Positions 1 through 11,270 of a stretch of DNA of 64,000 bases are shown piece after piece. Position numbers and translations under genes: made by a program. Within the stretch, counting starts at the first letter, position 1, and each line of letters begins with the position of its first letter. This stretch comes from Eledone cirrhosa. Lineage: Eukaryota. Below the pieces are notes generated by a model. It was not told the DNA's origin. It was given only the letters and a program-made list of their open reading frames with translations, and did not search any database. Location of the stretch: positions 167,400,001 to 167,464,000 of the forward strand of contig OZ024743.1 in NCBI GenBank assembly GCA_964016885.1. The letters run 5' to 3'.

Positions 1-180
1 TATATATATATGTATATATATATATATGTATATATATATATGTATATATATATATGTATATATATATATGTATATATATATATATAGGTATATATATATA
101 TAGGTATATATATATAGGTATATATATATAGGTATATATATATATGTATATATATATATGTATATGTATATATATATATG

Positions 181-211
<31 letters not shown>

Positions 212-300
212 GTATATATATATGTATATATATATATGTATATATATATATATGTATATATATATGTATATATATGTATATGTATATATGTATATATATA
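1..300. repeat. (TA)n/(TATG) microsatellite; similar tracts at 2040-2205, 6144-6517, 7097-7505, 16866-16922, 61950-62040
   Basis: Seen directly. Confidence 0.98.
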
Positions 301-1870
301 TTCCTATTATTCCTATCGCAAACAACTTCTCCAATCCAATTCCTTCTATAGATAACACTAGATCACTCATTAATAATCTCTCTAATTGCAACTGCCGCAT
401 TAAAAATAAATGTCCTCTCAACACCATTGCCTCGATAAAAACTTAATTTATGAATGTAAAATTATAACTAGCACCAATTCCTTCACCTACTTCGGCTCCA
501 CTTCCACCTCTTTTAAAGCTCGTCTTTATAATCATCATTCATCTTTCAAATACAAACTTAAAAGAACTAACACTGCTCTCTCAGAACTCATATGGTCCTT
601 AAAAGACAAAAACATTAAATATAACATCTTTTGGAAAAAGATTTCTTCTGCATCCTCATACTTGAACAGCTCTCTATCTAAAATCTGTAATCTCTGCCTA
701 AATGAAAAAATTACCATTATCTCTAACCTAGAATCTATAATAAATAGACGCTCAGATTTGTTTTCTATCTGCCTGCATAAATTCCATAGAACTTTTCACA
801 AAGTATACAGTTAATATTCAATTCTTTATCAATTTATAATCTTTTCTCAAAGGCACATATACATACACCTCTTTAAAATATACCCATCTACCTTACTTTA
901 AAGGGCATTATACACTCTATAATACTCGTTTACTCATTACCCTCATTCTATCTTCTCGTAAAATAATATTTGTTTTTGACATTTTGAATATTCATCCGCA
1001 ATCATTATTATTTTTTCTCTCTATCATAAATCTTTTTAATCTCAATTTCATCCTTAATTTATTATTATTTTTTTCTCCCCATCAACGAACTCATTATTAA
1101 TACAAATCAATTCAATATACAAACTTTAACTTCACATTATTTTTCTCAAATCCACACAAACCTTAACAATTTTTCTCTTCGCTAATTTTGAAATTGCCAC
1201 AATACATACATTTCTTCTTTTGACGTTAGAATATTTACCCACAATTATTATTTTTTTCTCTCTATCTTCATACATAATTTCCCTTCGTTAATTTTCAAAT
1301 TCCTTTAATTTATACATTATCTTCCAACGGTTCCCAACCTCTCTATATTAAAACAATATATCTTTTTCTCAGTTATAAAAACTATCTCTTTCTCTCTATC
1401 ACCCATCTCTCCCTCTCCACCTTCACTCTCATCTCCTCCCCCCTTTTTTTCATCCTTTCCACCCCCCCTCCCTAAATAAAATATTTTTTCCTCGCACATA
1501 TCCTCCCTTCGTTAATTTTCAAAATTTTTAATTTATACAGTATCTTCCAACGGTTTTCAACCCCTCTATGTAAAAAATATATCTCCTCTCAGTTATAAAA
1601 ACTATCTCTTTCTCTCCCTCTCATCTCCTTCCCTTTTCATCCTCCCCCCCCCCCCTCTCTAAATAAAATATTTTTCCCAATATCACACATCAATCTAAAA
1701 CCACTTTTCATATGTTGATTTAAAACTGCACTATCAACAAGTGTTTTTTTAGCCTTCATATCATGTTCTCCTGTTTTATCTGATGAAAACACAAATATTA
1801 TTGCTTGATGATGTTTGTTTTTGAAATGCGCATAATAAAATATATGGAACTCCTTTAACCATCTTTTGAT
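300..1870 (+). mobile_element. Penelope-like element 3' fragment: GIY-YIG endonuclease (ORF 410-814, frameshifted start) plus 3' UTR/pLTR
   Basis: [11 protein letters not shown]...[12 protein letters not shown]...YFGSTSTSFKARLYNH...TALSELIWSLK...CNLCLNEK...INRRSDLFSICLH is the PLE GIY-YIG pattern. Ends with a hammerhead motif and AATAAA, and is flanked by (TA)n. Confidence 0.85.
1774..1840 (+). ncRNA. Minimal type I hammerhead ribozyme motif (PLE-associated)
   Basis: ttttat-CTGATGA(1780-1786)-stem II aaacacaaa/tttgttttt-GAAA(1823-1826)-palindromic TGCGCA-TA-ataaaa. Stem I pairs ttttat with ataaaa. Confidence 0.65.
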
Positions 1871-2559
1871 CTTATATTATATATATATATATATATATAG
1901 AAAAACCACAGACCCTCCATCTCAACTCACCTCTTGAAAAGCAGAAGAACTGCGAAACCGGTAAAGGAACCAAATAAATATATATATTTAGAAAAAAAAT
2001 AAGACTCCAGTTGCATTTTCGATTTCATCTCTTTTTCTTTATATATGTATATATATGTATATATATATGTATATATGTATATATTAATATATGTATATAT
2101 GTATATATATATGTATATTTATATATGTATATATATATATGTATATATATATATGTGTATATATCTGTGTATATATATATGTATATATATATATATATGT
2201 GTATATTGTTATACTTGGGGAGGGTCATATTTGTGTAATATTGCCAGAATTAATAACAGAACACACTCACTGTTTGGTTGGTTTTCGCTTCTCGCTTCTG
2301 TGACTTTTATATCGGTAATCTAACTTACTCGGTCCTCAATGTTGCCATTGACTGACCGACGGTCAAAGAGAATACAGATACAATACTAATTCATCGCCGC
2401 TATATGTGTTTATATATATGTATATATATATATGTATATATATATATATGTTCTTCTTTTTGGTAAATATCATCTTGGTTAAAAGGGTGGGACTGGCTTT
2501 GTGCAGTGCCTTTGCTCACTATAAAAGCTTCACGGCACAGGCATTGCTTTATATCTGGA

Positions 2560-2754
2560 GATCTCTCTGCACTTGTCATCGCATGGTATCATGGGCCCAG
2601 CACTGTGTCAGTAATTGTCACAAGTGTAGTGTTTGTACCAGACTTTTCAAGTCGCTGGCTGGACTAAAAATCACACTCGTTCAGCGCATCGGTAGGGGTT
2701 CTCCTACATGGATATAAAGTAGTGGCCGTACTCAAAAACGAGTTGGCAGCTACC

Positions 2755-2755
<1 letters not shown>
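2560..2755 (+). mobile_element. LINE 3' end (RTE-like) with a frameshifted terminal C2H2 finger
   Basis: [15 protein letters not shown](fs)NHTRSAHR* then a short UTR running into (TA)n. Confidence 0.45.
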
Positions 2756-3322
<567 letters not shown>

Positions 3323-3537
3323 AAGAGTAATATATATGAGTAATATATATGATGAAACAGATACCAACACATCTGTATTTATATTGCAAAAGAAAGTTAG
3401 CCAGAATGAAGAATATTAATTATATTACTCTTATACACGGCTCAGGAATATTTCCTTTGAGCTAATTCTATTGTAAAAGAATTACACTTTATATATATGT
3501 ATATATGTATATATATGTATATATATATATATATATA

Positions 3538-6143
3538 CTTGAAATAAGAGGGATCAGATGTTGTTTACTCGAGAGAAGGCTACGTTGGTATGGTAACGTG
3601 ATGCGCATGAAAGACGATAGCTGTATAACAAAGTGCAGGGCAATAAAGATAGACGGTAGCCACGGAATAGGCAGACCCAGAAAGACCTGGGACGAGCTGA
3701 TAAATTCCGACCTCACACACTTACACCTCACCAAGACAATGTCACTGGACCGAGACCTTTGGCGGTACTCAGTAATAGAGAAGACCCGCCTTACCTAAAT
3801 CATCATCATCATCATCATCATCACCGTTTTACGTCCGTTCTTCCACGCTAGCATGGGTTAGACGGGTTGTCCTGTTGTGTGCAGTGTCTGGTCGGCTGAC
3901 CATGCCTTGCTCATACAGGAACTGATCTGGCTTGATTTTTACAGCTGGATGCCCTTCCTAACACCAACCTCATTTACAGTGAGTGCTGGGTGCTTTTTCA
4001 TGGCGCCTACACGTCCACTTTACAGTGTGGGCTGGGTGCTTTTTTGCCGTGGCACCTCCACGACCACCTTGCGGTGGGGGGTGTGGGGGCATATTGTTTA
4101 TATGCTTCAGCATGTACCCATGGGAGGTCGGGTACTCTGTATTACTGCGTGACGCCAGAAGTCACGGTCGTATGTCATTGTCTTTGAGAGGTGTAATTGA
4201 GTAAGGTCGGCTTTTATCACCTCATCCCAGGTCATCTTGGGTCTCCCCACTCTGCGGTTTCCATCAACTTCTAGTGCTCTGCACCTTTTTATGCAGCTGT
4301 CATCCTTCATACGCATCACATGTCCATACCAGCGCAACCGCCTCTCCTGCACACAGCATTTGATTCCTCTTATGCTCAGTCTCTCTCTCAATTCATTTAT
4401 GCTTTGTCGTTCACGTATATTACTGTTACACATCCATCGGAGCATGCAGGCTTCGTTTCTCTCTAATCTACGTAAGTCTTCCACCTTCAGCGCCCACAGT
4501 CAGTAGGCATCTCTAACAACATACACCCCCATCCCACCACCCCCACCCCATCCACACCGCCCCTTTCAATATAAAGTTATGTTGGTGCCACAACATCCAG
4601 GCCAAAACAAATGAGATCGTGTAGGTGTCACGACAAAAAAACACACAGTTCACGCTGTAATGTGGCCATGTAGGCAACACGGTAAAAACCTCCCAGCCCC
4701 ACACTGTAAATGTGGTTGGTGTTAGAAAGTGCATCCAGCTGTAGAAAACCCGCCAGATAGTCCTATGCGAGCTTGATAATCACTCTTGCCTCAAGTGGGA
4801 AAACCCCCGTCCAAACCCATGCAAGCGTGGAACACGGACGTTAAACGTTGATGATGATTATGATGATGATATATATATATATGTACATATATGTGTATAT
4901 GTATATATGTATATATGTGTATATATGTATATATGTGTATATATGCATATCATCATCATCATCATCATCATCAACGTTTAACGTCCGTGTTCCACGCTTG
5001 CATGGGTTTGGACGGGGGTTTTCCCACTTGAGGCAAGAGTGATTGTCTTGCTCGCATAGGACTGTCTGGCAGGTTTTCTACAGTTGGATGCCCTTCCTAA
5101 CACCAACCACATTTACAGTGTGGGTCTGGGAGGTTTTTACCGTGTTGCCTACACGGCCACATTACAGCGTGGACTGTGTGTTTTTTTGTCATGACACCTA
5201 CACGATCTCATTTGTTTTGGCCTGGATGGTGTGGCATCAACATAACTTTACATAGAAGGGGGCGGTGTGGATGGGGTGGGGGTGGTGGGACGGGGGTGTA
5301 TTTTGTTAGAGATGCCTGTAGTAGGTTTTACTTTGTATTTAGGTAAGGCGGGTCTTCTCTATTACTGAGTACCGCCAAAGGTCTCGGTCCAGTGACATTG
5401 TCTTGGTGAGGTGTAAGTGTGTGAGGTCGGAGTTTATCAGCTCGTCCCAGGTTTTTCTGGGTCTGCCTATTCCATGGCTACCATCTATCTTTATTGCCCT
5501 GCAATTTGTTATACAGCTATCGTCCTTCATGCGCATCACGTGACCATACCAACGTAGCCTTCTCTCTAGTAAACGACATCTGATCTCTCTTATTTCTAAT
5601 TTTTTCCTTAGTTCGTTTATGCTTTGTCGTTCACGTATATTACTATTACACATCCAGCGGAGCATGCAAGCTTCGTTTCTCTCTAGTCTGCGTATATCCT
5701 CTGCACACAATGCCCAGGTCTCACTGCCATGCAACATTGCTGTTCGTATGCAGGCATCGTACAGCCTGCCTTTCATTTTTAGGGAGAACCCTTTAGCGGC
5801 TAATAGTGGTATAAGCTCTCTGAACTTTTTCCACCCAGTTCTGACTCTAGCTACTGTACTTTCAGAGCACCCTCCCCCACTGCTGATTTTGTCACCCAGG
5901 TAACGGAAGCTGTCCACTATTTCTATAGAACCCTCTGCGCAGTTGAAAGAGCTAGTATTTCGTGGGCACTTGCTGCTACTTATTTCCCCAGAACACCGGC
6001 CACATGTAAAATCTATGTTCTTAGTTAGCTTACCTGTGATCCCACTACATCTTTTATTCACCCAAACTTTGCATTTGGGACACAAAATGGAATTTCTACC
6101 TACGCCTTTCCTACACTCTGCGCATGGCCACTTCCCGGAGGGT
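3538..6143. mobile_element. Cluster of RTE-clade LINE 3' fragments: 3538-3798 (+), 3799-4497 (-), 4498-4870 (+, 3' UTR), 4948-6143 (-)
   Basis: RTE ORF2 C-terminal motifs FRYLG, LHGSETW, RRLRWYGHVMRM, GRPRKTW. Shared 3' UTR ends in (GAT)n. Confidence 0.9.
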
Positions 6144-6615
6144 TATATATGTGTATATATGTATATATGTGTATATATGTATATATATGTATATATATAT
6201 GTATATATATGTATATATATATGTATATATATGTATATATATATATATGTATATATGTATATATATTATATATATGTATATATATATATATGTATATATA
6301 TATGTGTATATATATGTATATGTATATATATATGTATATGTATATATGTATATATATATGTATATATATATGTATATGTATATATGTATATATATATGTA
6401 TATATATATGTATATATATATGTATATATGTATATATATGTATATATGTATATATATGTATATATATGTATATATGTATATATATGTGTATATATATGTA
6501 TATATGTATATATATGTATCATCATCATCATCGTTTAACGCCCATGTTCCATGCTTGCATGGGTTTGGACGGGAGTTTTCCCACTTGAGGCAAGAGTGGC
6601 TGTCTTGCTCGCATA

Positions 6616-7096
6616 GGACTGTCTGGCGGGTTTTCTACAGCTGGATGCCCTTCCTAACACCAACCACATTTACAGTGTGGGGCTGGGAGGTTTTTACCGT
6701 GTTGCCTACACGGCCACATTGCAGCGTGGACTGTCTGTCGGGTTTTCTACAGCTGGATGCCCTTCCTAACACCAACCACATTTACAGTGTGGGGCTGGGA
6801 GGTTTTTACTGTGTTGCTACACGACCACATTACAGCGTGGACTGTCTGTCGGGTTTTCTACAGCTGGATGCCTTTCCTAACACCAACCACATTTACAGTG
6901 TGGGGCTGGGACGTTTTTACTGTGTTGCTACACGACCACATTACAGCATTGACTGTCTGTCGGGTTTTCTACAGCTGGATGCCCTTCCTAACACCAACCA
7001 CATTTACAGTGTGGGGCTGGGAGGTTTTTACCGTGTTGCTACACGACCACATTACAGCGTGGACTGTCTGGCGCGTTTTCTACAGCTGGATTCCCT
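6616..7096. repeat. Tandem array of ~111-bp units (4 full + partial) derived from the RTE 3' UTR
   Basis: Units start at 6616, 6728, 6839, 6950 and 7061; each begins (g/t)gactgtctg..g.gttttctacagctgga. Confidence 0.9.
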
Positions 7097-7506
7097 TATG
7101 TATATATATGTATATATGTGTATATATGTATATATATGTATATATATATATGAATATATGTGTATATATGTATATATATGTATATATATATGTATGTATA
7201 TATGTATATATATATGTATATATGTATATATATATGTATATATGTATATATATATGTATATATATATGTATATATATATGTATATATATATGTATATATA
7301 TATATATATGTATATATGTATATATATATGTATGTATATATGTATATATATATGTATATATATATATATGTATATATGTATATATATATGTATGTATATA
7401 TGTATATATATATGTATGTATATATGTATATATATATGTATGTATATATGTATATATATATGTATATATATGTGTATATATGTATATATATATGGATATA
7501 TATATA

Positions 7507-8400
7507 ACGAGACGGACCTTCTTGACTTAGTCGCTAACATTTCCTTTCGCAAACACACTAACACCTTCTTTCAAACGAATCTCAGAAATGACATTAAGAA
7601 ATTTAGGTCTTCTAATAACACCTTCGTTCTTTCCAACAAAACTAATAATATTTACAAAGTTGACAACACCACTATCCGCCACCTGACCCATAACACTATT
7701 ACTTCTAAATATAAGAAAGCTAACCCTATGGCCTACCACGACATTAATACAGAAGCCAAAGAACTTGCCACCGACCTTAAGGTAGATAAGAAGCTACAAT
7801 CTCTAGCTAAGCGGGAGGCGTTCCTCACACTGAAAGATCACAAGGTAGACTTTACTTCTAACCCCACATGTAGACTAATAAACCCGGCACGCACAGATAT
7901 GGGACTAGTCAGTAAGGCCATACTTAGAAACATAGTTAAGACCATTAGGACCAAGTCCAACCTGCCCCAGTGGGAGAACAGCGATTCCGTAATTAAGTGG
8001 TTTAACTCCTTAAAATCCCAAAAAGCAAAGTTCACACAGTTTGACATTATCAACTTTTACCCATCGAATGGAACTACCACCAACACTGTTGGGTGCTGCT
8101 AGGAAAACATTAAGGCTATTAGGGTTGCTGTCAAGTCTAGACCTATTGCTGCTATGGTGCCGTGCTTTGGTGATTTTACTGTAATTAGTTATCCTTATGA
8201 TGTCTGCTAGATTAGGTGTAGTGGAGAAAGATATTGTTCTTATTGAGGATTTTCCTGTACTTATGGTTGGGTGGGAAGTTCTTCTCTAAGGCTTCGAAGA
8301 ATATCCTAGGTAAGTCAGAGGCCACATTCCAACAGTAGGGAGGATGGAACCATAGGACATTACATTGGTGGTTACGCGTAGCCATGGGCTTATTACGGGT
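7507..8400. mobile_element. Penelope-like element fragment with internal inversion: RT N-terminal region on + (7507-~8065), RT-endonuclease linker on - (~8070-8400)
   Basis: Plus frame: [24 protein letters not shown]...[12 protein letters not shown]. Minus frame: VLWFHPPYCWNVASDLPRIFFEALEKNFPPNHKYRKILNKNN, like the PLE WFNPP...KHFP..H.L.KIFN linker. Confidence 0.8.
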
Positions 8401-8409
8401 CGTGTTGGC

Positions 8410-9531
8410 TAGGTATCAGTTTTTATTGTTGCTACTTTGGTGCAGCTTACTGCGCGTCCCCTTCGATTTATGCTGCGACTCCAATGTCCTCTTAATTAAC
8501 GTCGTTTTAAATGTGTCATATGAGACAGAGCCGGGTGGTGCTAAAATGAGGTCTCGAACCATATTCATAATCTCCGGAGACATCAAACCAATGACATGTG
8601 GTAGACGAGATGCCTCACTAACGATCCGGTTCAATGTAAACTGCGCTACGATGTGCGCGAACCACAGTGTTGGATCGTGCACCCAGAATGGTGGTATCCT
8701 TAATGTAAACGCCGCCCGGATTGCCATTTCTGCCGTAGATGAATCGTGTGTTAGGCACATCGTTTGTAGAGAATAATCAGAAGGTTGCGTGTTCGAATCA
8801 CGTCGGAGTCATCAGTTGTAACGAAAAGATGGAATTTTTGGTATGATGATTTCAATGCAAAGAATAATACCAGGATTGTGTTGTTACAATGTTTATTTTA
8901 TTATAACAATATTCAATTTGAATATTGAATGATAAAATCTATAACATGAAATATTCGTACAATGAGTTGATGGCTCTTCGAGCCACGTAAATGCAAATAT
9001 CACAGAATACGATTATAATATAATTTGTATTGTATCTGAAAGATACAATATGACAAACAGAAATGGTGCGTGTAAAAATGCAAGCAGTGTGAACTTACTA
9101 TGTGTGCGTGTGTGCGTATTAGTATACTTTCTTGTCTTAGCAGTAGTAGTAATCAATCAGCCAGGCGGGAAAGGCGTGTGAGAAATTAGTAGACAGACTG
9201 GTTTTTCGTGAAGGGAGTTTGGCAGCGTCAGTGAATACCTCCTCTCTTATCTGTAGTACCACTTTTTCTGCCGGGCGTAAAAAACCCTTGTATTTATAAC
9301 GGTTGAAGATAGAAGGATAGATATATCATCTGACCTCTTTTCTGCTGAGCGTAAACAACCATCATCTGACCTGTGGTTAGCATCTCCCAAGGGGTTCAGG
9401 TCACAGGTCAAAAATAGAATGTCATCCATCATCGTTGACAGGACAAAGGCGAAAACAACTAGGGTTGGCTTGTTCCAGAGGCGGGAAAGCTCAGATTCTT
9501 CGCCGGTAATATGTAAGAGTATTCCGTTATG
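8410..9531 (-). mobile_element. Gypsy (CsRn1-like) fragment: LTR ~9531-8817, PBS, gag N-terminus (8760-8416)
   Basis: Gag motif RIPPFWVHDPTLWFAHIVAQF...VRDLILAPP...YDTFKTTLIKR. PBS tgatgactccgacgtg resembles TGGTGACCCCGACGTG (tRNA-Trp) and follows an LTR end ...cgttaca. Confidence 0.75.
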
Positions 9532-9537
9532 TATATA

Positions 9538-10536
9538 TCATCATCATCATCATCATCATTTAACGTCCATCTTCCACACTAGCACGGGTTAGACGGTTTT
9601 GTTCCATTTGATGCAGGATTGGTCGGGAGACTGTCTCGCTCGTACGGAAGTGTCTTTGGCAGGTTTTCTACAGCTGAATTCCCCTCCTAACACCATCCAC
9701 TTTTACAGTATGGACTGGGAGCTTTTTTACCATCCCTCCTGCACGACCACTCTACAGTGTGGACTGAGTGCTTTTTGTTGTGTCACTGACACAGTGGATG
9801 GAAATGGGAGGATGGGGTAGGGTGTGTGGGGTGTGGTGTATATTGGGTTAAGAGGTGCCTGCTGACTGTAGGTTTGTATCCAAGGGATGGTGGGTCTTCT
9901 GTACAACTGCATGGCACCAAAGATCTCGATCCAGTGACATTGTCTTAAAGAGGTGTAGGTGAGCAAGATCAGTTTTTATGACCTCGTCCCAGGCTTTTTC
10001 TTGGTCTACCCACTCCGTAGCTTCCATCAATTTTCATTGCTCTGCACTTTTTTATACAGCTGTTGTCCTTCATACGCATCACATGGCCATACCAACGCAA
10101 TCTCCTATCCAGAACACAACATTTGATACCTCTTATGCTTAGTCTCTCTCTATTCGTTTATGCTTTGCCGTTTGTGCACATTACTATTACACATTCATCA
10201 GAGCATACAAGCTTCATTTCTTTCTAATCCATGCAAGTCTTCAGCACAAAACACCCAGGTCTCACTACCATGTAATATCACCGTTCGTATACAAGCATCG
10301 TACAATCTGCCTTTCACTTTTAGAGAAAAAACCCTTGTGACCAACAGTGGTATTAGCTCTCTGAATTTTTTCCATCCCATTCTAACTCTGGCTACTACAC
10401 TTTCAAAGCACCCTCCTCCACTGCTGATTTTGTCACCCAGGTAACGGAAAGTGTCTACTATTTCTATAGAACCATCTGGGCAGTTGAAGGAGATGCTATC
10501 TCCTTCAACTGCCCAGATGGTTCTATAGAAATAGTA
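9538..10536 (-). mobile_element. 5'-truncated RTE LINE with terminal foldback
   Basis: GWKKFRELIPLL...LHGSETW motifs; (CAT)n tail at 9538; perfect inverted duplication at the 5' junction. Confidence 0.88.
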
Positions 10537-11270
10537 TATGTATATATATGCAAGTGTGGAAAATAGATGTTAAATGATGATATATACACATACATACACA
10601 CTTATGAAGCACTGCTAAAATTTGAAATTTGATTTGTGCATACCTACACAAATAACCTTAATAATGGTTTCTTATATAGGCACAAGGCCAGAAATTTTGG
10701 GGGAGGGGAAAGTCGATTAAATCGACCCCAGTGCGTGACTGGTACTTTATTTTATCGACCCTGTAAGGATGAAAGGCAGAGTTAACCTCGGTGAGATTTG
10801 AACTCAGATCATAAAGCGCAGTAACTCTATGCTGCAAAGCATGGCATCCGACCCTCTACCAATACTGCCAATCCACCAAACCTTAATAATAGTCAATCAG
10901 TATGAAAGATAGTTGAGAAAATCAGGTAAAATATTCCTGAAGATGAAAACATATGGATAGAGGTGTTTGCTAGGAAATGAACCAAACATCCCACTGGAGA
11001 TGAAAACATATGGACAGATATGCCTGTCAGGAAACTAACCCCACATCCCTCTCAAGTGCCTCTATCCACATTTTTTACATCTCCTGATGGTACTTTATTT
11101 GATTTTCTCAAGTAGTGTTTATAGTCATTGACTATTATGGTCATTTGTGTTGGAATGCACACAGTTCAAATTTTTCAAATGCTTCTAAGTCAATAGCTTT
11201 ATTCATACATGTAATATCATTGCTTATATGCTTTATTTGTTTCTAACACTGTTACCTTACCTATTTACAG

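Noticed and set aside
1279-1680. ~220-bp imperfect tandem duplication as a separate element
   Set aside because: Lies within the Penelope-like 3' region and is explained by it.
6616-7096. CRISPR-like array
   Set aside because: Whole units repeat with no unique spacers, there are no cas genes, and the context is eukaryotic.
5943-8102. 719-aa ORF as a gene
   Set aside because: Chance read-through of antisense RTE, microsatellite, the tandem array and a Penelope RT fragment.
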